A stretch of DNA of 64,000 nucleotides. Source: Caldisericota bacterium (GTDB taxonomy: Bacteria; Caldisericota; Caldisericia; JAAYUI01). This document shows, one piece after another, positions 27,788 through 37,500 of this stretch. Below the pieces are notes generated by a model. That model did not search any database. It was given only the letters and a program-made list of their open reading frames with translations, and was not told the DNA's origin. Where the stretch lies: positions 80,445-144,444 of the forward strand of contig JAKPMO010000015.1 in assembly GCA_029548865.1 (NCBI GenBank). The letters are read 5' to 3'. How positions within the stretch are numbered: position 1 is the stretch's first letter; each line of letters begins with the position of its first letter. The position numbers and the translations under genes are program-made.

Positions 27788-29077
27788 TCAGACCAGCTGG
27801 CTGGCAACCTCCCCAAGCTTTGAAAATTCAACCTTCTCCTGTTCTCCTGTTTCCATATTTTTTATCAGTACTGTCGATGATTTTGCCTCGTCTTCGCCGA
27901 TTATTACAATGTATGGGACACCCTTTTTCGAGGCATATTTTATCTGTTTCCTGATGTCGCCATCGCCACAATATAGATCACACGGAATACCTGATTCACG
28001 GATGGTTTTTGCACATTCAAGTGCAAGGGATAGGGAACCTTCGCCAAAGTGGCAGATTTGGATTTTTGCTATGGTCTTTGTGTCACTTATCATGCCTATT
28101 TCCCTCATGGCCGCCATGATCCTGTCTATTCCAAGCGAAGCCCCGGTTGCACACACCTGGTTCCCGGAGAATATGCCTATCAGGTTGTCATACCTGCCAC
28201 CGCCAGCAACTGAGCCGATCTTTGGCGTCTCAAGCCTTGCTTCAAAAACCGGGCCAGTGTAGTATGATTGCCCTCTTGCAAGGGATGGGTCAAATTTCAC
28301 CCTTGCACTCATTGCACCGGCAAGCTCAATGATTTGTCTGATGTTGTCCAGCGCCTGGACGGCCTCCCCATCACTAGCAAGCATTCCTTTAAGTTTTGAA
28401 ATCACATTGCTGGTGTCGCCCTGGACAGATATCATCTCCACTATTCTCCCAGCCGACGGTATACCCTTTGCCTCAAGCTCTTTGGCCACTCCATCTGGCC
28501 CCACCTTGTCAAGTTTGTCCACAATGATTATCGATTCTTTGAGTATTTCCTTGGGTACACCACAAGCTCTCATTATTCCTTGCATTACTCCCCTGTGATT
28601 GACCAGAATGTTGAAATCCTTGAAACCCATTCTGAAAAGAGAATCAGACAGTATCGAAACTATTTCCGCGTCAGAAAGTGGCGAGGCGGTCCCAAAAATG
28701 TCCACGTCGCACTGGTAGAATTCCCTGAACCTTCCCTTTTGCGGGCGTTCGGCCCTATAGACGCGTTGTATCTGGTACCTCTTGAACGGTTTTGGTATGT
28801 CCTGGTAAGTTGCCATTACCCTCGAGATCGGAACAGTCAAATCATAGATGAGTCCAACATGTCTATCGCCATGGTCAGTGAAATCGTACATGAGCATCTC
28901 GGATTCGCCACCCTCTTTTCCGGTAAGCGTTTCATAGTACTCAAGGGAAGGGGTCTCGATAGGTTCAAAACCATGGGACTCGAAAACGGCTTTTATCATG
29001 GACATCACCTTGTTACGGGCTATCATGTCGCCAGGAAGCAAGTCTTGGAAACCTGACAAAATCTGTGGTGCTTTCAT
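27788..29077 (-). CDS. hisS: Histidine--tRNA ligase
   Basis: GFQDLLP, YDLTVP, YRAERPQKGRFREFYQCDVD, LARGQSYYTG, GGGRYD, GIDR, C-terminal anticodon-binding domain. Confidence 0.96.
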   Translation of the reverse strand: MKAPQILSGFQDLLPGDMIARNKVMSMIKAVFESHGFEPIETPSLEYYETLTGKEGGESEMLMYDFTDHGDRHVGLIYDLTVPISRVMATYQDIPKPFKRYQIQRVYRAERPQKGRFREFYQCDVDIFGTASPLSDAEIVSILSDSLFRMGFKDFNILVNHRGVMQGIMRACGVPKEILKESIIIVDKLDKVGPDGVAKELEAKGIPSAGRIVEMISVQGDTSNVISKLKGMLASDGEAVQALDNIRQIIELAGAMSARVKFDPSLARGQSYYTGPVFEARLETPKIGSVAGGGRYDNLIGIFSGNQVCATGASLGIDRIMAAMREIGMISDTKTIAKIQICHFGEGSLSLALECAKTIRESGIPCDLYCGDGDIRKQIKYASKKGVPYIVIIGEDEAKSSTVLIKNMETGEQEKVEFSKLGEVASQLV

Positions 29078-29622
29078 TACATCTCCTTGATGTGCTCTCT
29101 GACTATCCCTAATATCTCGGAGCTGAATTCTTCTATTGTCTTTTTGTTAGCACCCTCAACCTGCAGGAGGTTTTCGAGGCTTGTTGGCATTTTTCTTGCT
29201 ATGTCTTCTATCGTCTTATTATAGAGGATAATGTAGGCTGGCCATCCTCTGCTCTTCGCCTCTTTTGATCGCCAGGCCCTGAGCTTCTCCGCCAGGCTTT
29301 CGTCATAGTCCAGCTTTGATGGCGTTTCAGCTCTTTCGTCTAGGATCTCCTCAGTTTTTTGTGGGTTGCCGCCATTTTGTCTACCGTGCTCAACGTCGTA
29401 ATAAATAACGAACACAAGCCAGTGGTCTACCTTTGATGGTACAAACTGTGGTTGTACCAAAAGAATAGTCCTAGAGGACAAGAAATCATTCAGTGCTTCC
29501 ATGTCTTTTGTTTCGTCTCCTGGAAGCATGTTTATTCTAAATATCTTGCAGGCAGGCCTTATACCATAGCCTCCCGCAATGTTCCACTTTTCCCACATGT
29601 TCCCAACTGTCCCCGTATTCAT
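29077..29622 (-). CDS. HRDC-domain protein
   Basis: C-terminal LRAWRSKEAKSRGWPAYIILYNKTIEDIARKMPTSLENLLQVEG; start re-assigned to ATG 29622 after GGGGAGG; TAATG overlap with hisS. Confidence 0.82.
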   Translation of the reverse strand: MNTGTVGNMWEKWNIAGGYGIRPACKIFRINMLPGDETKDMEALNDFLSSRTILLVQPQFVPSKVDHWLVFVIYYDVEHGRQNGGNPQKTEEILDERAETPSKLDYDESLAEKLRAWRSKEAKSRGWPAYIILYNKTIEDIARKMPTSLENLLQVEGANKKTIEEFSSEILGIVREHIKEM

Positions 29623-29655
29623 AACCTCCCCTTTCTTCTCCTGCATTTCTTCCAA

Positions 29656-29820
29656 TTTTCCACAGTGTTAACACCTTTATTATGAATTATGTTCTTGGAT
29701 GCAAAAACTTCATAATCATAATAAGTATGTTGATAAGGTGCATAAGTTGCCTTATGCAACAAACCTACTGCAAATTGTCCTAAGAAAAATTTTCTCATAA
29801 CTTGTCTAAAGTGTGGATTA
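29656..29820. other. oriC: Candidate chromosomal replication origin (oriC)
   Basis: AT-rich gap directly downstream of dnaA; TTTTCCACA 29656, tandem co-oriented boxes TTATGCACC/TTATCAACA (minus strand, 29745-29728) abutting six NAN trinucleotides (CAT AAT CAT AAT AAG TAT, 29711-29728), TGTGGATTA at the dnaA stop. Confidence 0.65.
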
Positions 29821-31113
29821 CCTTTCAAGAATGGAAAGGATCTCATGTATCGCAGCATCAAGCGTCTGGTCCGACCGCCTCTCCTGAGTGATTTTGTCAT
29901 AGGCGTACATTACGGTGGTGTGATCCCTGCCCCCAAACTGCTCACCAATGGCTATGAGGCTGTCATCTGTATACTCTCTTGCAAGATACATGGCTATTTG
30001 CCTTGGTATGGCTATATCGTGAGTGCGCCTGCGTGCAGTGAGGTCCTTGACGTCAAGTTTGAAGAATCTTGCAACTTCCTCCATGATCCTTGTTATAGTT
30101 ATTCTGCGGTTTCCCTTTGGGACAATGTCTCTTAACACCTCTCTTGCAACCTCAAGGGTCAGTTCCCTGTTCTGGAGTGAAGCCACCGCAACCAGCCTGA
30201 CGAGCGACCCCTCGAGCTCTCGTATGTTCGAGAAGCTGTGCCCCGCGACATAATTGATTACTTCCTGGGGGATATCCACATGCTCTAAACTGGCCTTCTT
30301 CTGGAGGATTGCTATCCTCGTTTCGAGGTCAGGTGGCTGGATGTCTGCAAGGAGACCCATTTCAAACCTGGATCTTAATCTGTCCGCAATCCCCTGGAGT
30401 TCTTTGGGCGGCCTGTCCGAGGTTACAACTATCTGACGGCTCCTGTCATAAAGGGCATTGAATGCGTGGAAGAACTCTTCCTGAGTCCTTTCCTTGCCGG
30501 TGAGGAACTGGATGTCATCAATGAGCAGTACTTCGACGGTTCTGTAGTACTCGTGAAACTCTGGTATCCTGTTTTGCTGGATCGCATAGACCACTTCGTT
30601 TGTAAACTTCTCTGTCGTCGTATAGATAAGATCTGCGGCGGGTTTTCTTGCCAGAATCTCATGCCCTATTGCTTGTAAAAGGTGGGTTTTCCCCAAACCG
30701 ACGCCACCGTATATGAAGAGTGGGTTGTAAGCCCTTCCCGGGTCCCTGGCGGCAGCAAGACAGGCCGCATGGGCAAACTTGTTTGAATTGCCCACGACAA
30801 AGGACGAAAAGGTATACTTGGGGTTTAGGGTATGGTCGTTTGTTTGCGGTTCTTCCATTTCTGGAACGTGTTCCATGCTTCTCTGCACCACAAACGTGAT
30901 ATCAATGTCCTTGCCGGTCAGGTCATGAAGGATGTTTTGGATGGTGTTGTAATATTTTGACTGGAGCCAATCCTTAGCGAATTCGGAGGGGACAGAGACA
31001 ACCAATCTGTCGTAGGTCTCCGAGAGGAGCTCGGAAGTTGCAAACCACATTTCAAAAGTTGGTTTTGTTACGTCCTGCTGTATAACCTGAAGGACCTGTT
31101 GCCAAATGTTCAT
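29818..31113 (-). CDS. dnaA: Chromosomal replication initiator DnaA
   Basis: LNPKYTFSSFVVGNSN, YNPLFIYGGVGLGKTHL, LLIDDIQF, TQEEFFHAFN, NIRELEG, PRQIAMYL, GGRDHTTV. Confidence 0.98.
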   Translation of the reverse strand: MNIWQQVLQVIQQDVTKPTFEMWFATSELLSETYDRLVVSVPSEFAKDWLQSKYYNTIQNILHDLTGKDIDITFVVQRSMEHVPEMEEPQTNDHTLNPKYTFSSFVVGNSNKFAHAACLAAARDPGRAYNPLFIYGGVGLGKTHLLQAIGHEILARKPAADLIYTTTEKFTNEVVYAIQQNRIPEFHEYYRTVEVLLIDDIQFLTGKERTQEEFFHAFNALYDRSRQIVVTSDRPPKELQGIADRLRSRFEMGLLADIQPPDLETRIAILQKKASLEHVDIPQEVINYVAGHSFSNIRELEGSLVRLVAVASLQNRELTLEVAREVLRDIVPKGNRRITITRIMEEVARFFKLDVKDLTARRRTHDIAIPRQIAMYLAREYTDDSLIAIGEQFGGRDHTTVMYAYDKITQERRSDQTLDAAIHEILSILER

Positions 31114-31148
31114 GTGGATTATATTAGCAAACCAGATGGCCCGGTCAA
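31114..31148 (-). promoter_or_regulatory. Leaderless sigma70-type dnaA promoter with overlapping DnaA-box-like site
   Basis: TTGACC-16 bp-TAATAT (TGn extended), 7 nt to ATG; TAATCCACA overlaps the start. Confidence 0.6.
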
Positions 31149-31314
31149 CGTTAACCTTATATATACACTTTTGTAACCTTTATATCCCCATTGTGTTGCA
31201 TTCAACCCTCAAGTGCGATATAGTCTCAAATAATACCGTATCAAATGATTTAAATGGCAGGACCCATTTGTCCGGTCAGCGAGAAAAAGGCCTAAAAATG
31301 CAACACATCAACCG

Positions 31315-31330
31315 TGGCATGGGAATTGCA
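31315..31330 (+). promoter_or_regulatory. sigma54 (-24/-12) promoter of giant protein 1
   Basis: TGGCATGGGAATTGCA = TGGCA-N6-TTGCA, GG-N10-GC spacing exact. Confidence 0.8.
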
Positions 31331-31556
31331 TGATAACAAAACGGTGATGATCAATAGGTGTGAGAAAACATCTTTTGATTGTCATGTTGTTTTTATAAGG
31401 AGTTGGATTTATATGGTGCTTTGATGAAGTCACAGATTCATGGTGTGGCTTCGTTTGGTTTTGCGCACTTTGATTCATTCCTTGTGCGTCCATGCGTTGG
31501 TGGCTTTGCGAACGCCGCAAGCCGCTTTTGCAACAAATTGAAAGGAGAGTTTGGTG

Positions 31557-34500
31557 ATGAAAAAGACGATCAGCATTCTGATTGCGACTCTCATGCTGAT
31601 GACGGTTCTGCCCGTCTTTGGCAATGCCTCAATGGCTAGAGCCGAGAACTCTAATGCCAATGGTGTTTTCGTGGCTGTGAGATTCGAAGCTTCCGGTTGG
31701 AGATTCAGCGGTAATAGCCATGTGACTATGCCAAACCAGGAAATCATCTGGGGAAGACCACCGCAGTATCCAATGCCGGCCAATATCCATGCCTGGACCG
31801 AGTTTTATCTCGATGTAGTTCCAGCTGCTGGCATGTCAACTGAGTCTAATCACTGGTATGCAGTAATTGACACAGATGGCAACCTCTGGTTTGACTCGGA
31901 CGGAAACTTCCATGACTGCAGGTATTATAAATATGCAGACCCGGAAGACCCGGATTACGGAACCGACGCAGCCTCAACAATAGATAACTGCCAAACAAAC
32001 CCGCATGCCAGGTTTGACCCGACCTCTGCCAATAATACACAGGGACCATATCAGGTACCGAGGGGCAACAACATCTCCGGTGCCATCGGTGCCATCACCC
32101 CATTCAGTAAAAGTGCCAACCCGACTTATTTTATGGACCCAAAGACTGGCAGAACGTTCAGGATTGGAATAGCAGACCTTGTTGCCCGTAACTCGGGTGT
32201 GGTAGGCACTTCTTGGATCAATCCGGCAACTGGAAACCCATTGGTCAGCAACCCAGCACCAGAGTGGGACCAGGGAATGGCCCTGGAGCGTTTCCTTGAT
32301 GGTTATGGTCCTGGTGCACCGCCGGTTCCGCCGGCCGAGCCAGTGCCGAATGTCTACTATAACATAGGTGGCTATTTCTACCTCAATAACCTTGACTCAT
32401 GGAATTTTGGCGAAGAATGGCACGCCGTCAATGCTACCGGAAACAGGGAAATGGGTCCTTTCGATGGCATACACGACAACCAGCAGACCTACGTCGAAGG
32501 TGACTGGATTTACAGAAGGGGAGCCAACGGCGCCAACAATCTGGTTTCAGGTTATGATTACACCCAGACTGGTGCAGGTGGCCAGGCTTCTTTCCCGCAC
32601 TATTACGGCGACACCCGTCTTGTTCCGGTAGTTACCCAGAACGTACTTGGTCGCGTGATCAGGTATCCAGCCGGTTCAGCCGTAAGGGACAGAGCTCCTT
32701 TCAGCACCCGTGATGCAGGTGACGATTTCGACGTTGGGACCCCATGCTATCGTTTCCCGCTTTCAGACACCAACTTCAGTGCTTTTGGAAATCCACCAGT
32801 TTCACTCAGCGGAAATGCATGGCCGGGCTCGACTGTTGGCGATACCGTTCACCTCCAGCTCACATGGGGTGTCAATGGCATGTTTGACTACACCACAGTC
32901 ATCTCACCTTCGGGCACAATAAGCATTGCAGAAGGCATCTATGAAAAAGGCCTAGATGGCATGAGGGCCAACACCGTAGAACAGTATGATTTAAGACTCT
33001 CTCACTGGTCCACAGGTGCCGAAGCTTTTTTAACAAACCCGACAGCATACATCCAGCCAGGCGATGCCCTCATTATGTCCGAAGTTCTCACTGGTGGATG
33101 TGCCTCCCCGGTATACAATATCTCTATAGAAACTGATCTCTGGCAGGGTGTTGTTCCTTCCAAGACCATGGCAGCCATCAGAACCCCAAATGGAGAGGTA
33201 ACTTTCCAGGCCCAGAACATACAAAAAGCCACCGTCCTTGGACCAAATTCCCAGACATTCGCTGTTCCAGCTTGTTCCTTTGAAAACATAAAGCTGGATT
33301 ACAGAGAATATCTTGGTGTTGAGATATGGTATGATGATGGTGTGGACAACAACATTGGGGCCGATGGCGTCAATAGGTGTCTCCCCAATAACGGTTCTGA
33401 TGATTACGTTCCAGGCTCTGTTGGAGAACTCTTCCTTGGATGCCAGGATAATATCGCAGATACCGATATTGGTCTTGGAATGGATGCCATCTTCGGTCGT
33501 GTAACTGACCAGGCCGTTCTTCCAATGTCCGATTTCTACCAGCAGGATCCAGTTGGCAACCCGAACTTTGGTGCACCGGTGCGTTTCTTTGACACCAACA
33601 ATGCCCAGGGTGGTGGTTATGGCATAATCAACTATTATGGTTGTGGAGAGGCCCTCTATCGCGATATTGACTATCTCCTTGCCGCCACAACTGGTGGACT
33701 TGGTGCTTTCGAAATCTCCCCAGGTGACGTTCGTCTTTCTGATGTCACAGTTGTCCGCCGTGACCCGATTACTGGTGCACAAACAATCATTTCTTATGAG
33801 GCAGGTTCAACAGTTGCCCAAGGTGATGCTGATGTCAACCTCAGGCCTGGAACCGGACCAAACGTACTTTACCATCCTGGTGTTGTAGCAGATTATGTTG
33901 GTGGAAATGATCTTTCTGCCTTCTACGACAAATATTATGACATCCAGGAATACAATGCTTATGTTGCTGGCTGGAGCTTCCCGAATCCATACGAGCCAGT
34001 TTTCCTCGACTGGAAACACCTGGATCCATCTGATGCAACAAAGTGGATCCCACTCAACAACCAGTATGACCTTGGCGAGTTTATTTATGATGCCGGCCCA
34101 AACATTGAAACAAATGGCTGGACCTACGCTGGTTCAATTGTTACTGCATATGGGAACGTTCAGGATGGATTCATCCGTCTGACCAATGTTTCTTATGCTG
34201 GCCAGTATTACAAGTGTGGAACAGTATGCTCAATCTATGACCAGTGGAGAACCAATGCCCCGGTCTATGGAATCACTTTTGGCAACAATGGCGACAAGAG
34301 GTTTATGGACATGGAAGTCATTCCAGGTTCGGCCGGCGCCACCATGACAGTGTCAAAGCCATTCCAGGTAGAGCAAACCTCACACGTCAAAATTACACTT
34401 GATCCAGCACCAAAAGCAGGACATTGGGATGGAAACACCTGGATTCCTGATGAGAGAGGATATGTCCTCTTCCAGGGAATCGGCAAATATGAAATGGGTA

Positions 34501-37500
34501 AGGGTGAACCACGCAATCTCAACAACATGCTCTTCGAGATCACTCCAAACCGCCCAACAGCCGAATTTGAATTTACACCTTACAGGGGTTCATGTGACGA
34601 GACCGGCAGGGCCGATCGTCCAGGTTCCTCTTATGGTCTTATTACCACCTACGTCATCAGAGACAACGGTGGCCAGAGACCAGCACCACCAGATGGTTAT
34701 TATGGTGACTACTTCTGGGATCTCCATGGCATGTCATCCAACCAATTCGTCGGAAAAACCTTCAAGGAGCGCGTAAAAGGTCGCTTTGTTCCGTGGGCAC
34801 AGGACAACTTCTACCATCCAGAAGGAAATCTCCCATATCCTCCACTTCCTGCAGACCTCCAGAACAACTATGATTGCTTCGACGTGTTCTATGACAAAGT
34901 AAATCCAGAAAAGCTCGTTCTAACAGCCAACAGACTTTGTATTACCACACTTGACCAGCGTTTCCCGAACGTCTCAATCAAGCTCACCGATGCTGATAAT
35001 GAGAATGATGTCAATGATCCAGCAGGTGTTCCGTTCTCCATCCCGTTTGATCTTACCGCAAGGCAGTATGAAGGTTTTCATGCCAACATAGTTAATTATA
35101 ACTGCAATGGCGGTGGAATTGCTTGGATGGCAGTAGCAGTTCCAGCAAACACCTCAGCGCAGCACAAATTTATTGTTCAGTACAACACTGATGGCACTTA
35201 CTATTATTGGTACTGGTACGAGCCACCGCAAAACCCGATAGATACTCAGTATCCACAGGTACCGTGGGCACTCGACCCCAATGATTACCTTCTTGGTGAA
35301 GAGTACACCGGAACCTTCCCGATACCAAATACCACTGCAATCAAGAAAACCCCAGTCTTCGTTGACAACAGGGTATCACTCGAGGACATTGATTGCTCCC
35401 AGGGAACTGGAAACTGTGATGTTTGCGAGGTTCCAGGACTGAGGAAGCTTGGCGACATCACTGGTTATGTTGGGTATCCACTCCGTTCAGACCGCATTGG
35501 AATCTTTGATGGTACATTCGGATACATTGTTAAGTATGGTGTCCCAACCTATGTTACTGGCTATGGTCAGGTAACACCGTCTGATACAGGCGGAGAGTGC
35601 CTCCTTGCAGTCAAGCCGAAAGATGGTTCAACACACCTCAATATCCGTATCTACTCCAACATGACAACCTTTGACTACAACTCGACCATTGCACATCCAG
35701 CAATCACCAATGGTGGACCATTCTTTGTGTACGACAAGATGATCAATGGTTCATATCATGAGGGCATTGATTATTGCGGAACCCTCGATATGAAGGTTTA
35801 CCCACCAGATCCATACGTCAACTTTGCAGAGTTTACAATTGTTGACCACGCACTCCAGTTCTCTGATGTTCATTACACCGCTGGAACAACAACTGCTAGA
35901 TATCTTGGACCGCTTTCACCACTCAATATTCCAACTCCACAGATCCAGGCCCCGTATGATCCAATCCTTCGCTATGTCTCAACCGAATTCAGGTGCTATC
36001 CTGGTGGACAGACCCACGCCGGCCGTGTTACTGGTCAGGTTTGGGGTGGAAGAGGCGGACCATTTGGATGGAACGCATACCCAGCAATATGGAGCAAGAA
36101 GATGAATGAAAGGCTTACCAACGAACAGTTTGGCAAGCTTGGAACAGAGTTCTTCCCGCTCACTGATTATGGTTTCTACTTTATCGTTAAAGATGGCGAA
36201 GGCCGCCACCTCTCCTTTAATCCTGACTGGGAAATTGACAGAAGAATGGTCAGGATGGAGATCGTTGGACCATTTGCACGTCCAAAAGTTATAGACAGAA
36301 CCACTGGCTCTGTTACCACCCAGTATGAATACAATGGCCTCAAACAAGTCCCGATCTCGTATGATTGGACAGGGAAGATCGTTATCGACCAGACCAACTA
36401 CAAGGACTTTGAATATCAGGAAGTCAGGGCAGACTGGAATGGTGATGCAGGATCAGATCCGTTCACACCATATCAAGGAATCCCGAACGAAAACCGTCAG
36501 TACAGGAAATCAAATGATCTTATAAAGAAGCTCCATAACCTCAATTTCTCATCAGTAGGCTATGGAACACCAGTTGGCCCAGGCATGGTTGAGAACACCG
36601 ACAATGTTATCGTTGTTGACGAACTTATTCCATGGCAGCCAGGCAAGATACTCATCTATGTCACCTTGGCAGATGGTACCTTCAAGATGTATCAGGATTG
36701 CTGCACTGCACCGCCGGTTGATGGTGTTGATGTGCACGCTCTTGGCATTAATTATGTCATCTCCGATGACCCGGCAATAAGGAATGCACCGCTTGGAATA
36801 GACAACAAGGTTGAAGTCACACTCTCAGAGAACCAGCCGATCCAGACCAATAAAGAGTGCAATGATGCAGTTGTCTATATTTGGCAGGACAGGGGTGTCC
36901 AGAGAGCTGGTAAGGATCTTATGTTTGGTGCTGGCGATGGCTGGATCACCAACCCACCAGGATCAACAAGGTTCTACTATGGCAGATCAGATGGAAGCAG
37001 CTCCCAGTATGACACAACATGGGACAATGAACCGATAGATGTTAACGGAGACTCAAAGGTAACATTCAAAGATTGGGAAACCGAAATCTGCGGAAGCTAT
37101 GATATGGCAACAAATACCTGGAATGCTGGTATCATCGATGCTCGTACATTCCAGCGCAACAATGGCATCTATGTGTTTGAACTCACCGATTCCAACAGGT
37201 GTCGCGTTGAAACCTCAGGTCTTGATTTTGGTGGTGAGGAAGGCATTGGCGATCCACCAGACCATATCATTTCTGATAAAGAACTTCTCCCGCTCTATGT
37301 AACAGCATACAAGTATGGCGATGATAACAACGACAGGGCATTCTCACCATTCTGGGATCCGTCTCCTATGCAGGACACATACCAGCAGTCGAACCCATCA
37401 GCCAACAGAATGAGATACAGTCACGAAGTTTATCTTGCCGGCCAGATTGCAATTCCGGTCGAGCCGCTTGATGACCTCATTGTCACTGTTGCTTCACCAA

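Noticed and set aside
25833..29077. Functional histidine module from hutH-hisS adjacency
   Set aside because: The genes are convergent and 395 bp apart, with no other hut or his genes; probably coincidental
31239..31251. IHF site between enhancer and sigma54 promoter (TATCAAATGATTT)
   Set aside because: One mismatch to WATCAANNNNTTR in AT-rich DNA and no clean equivalent at the second promoter; too weak to call
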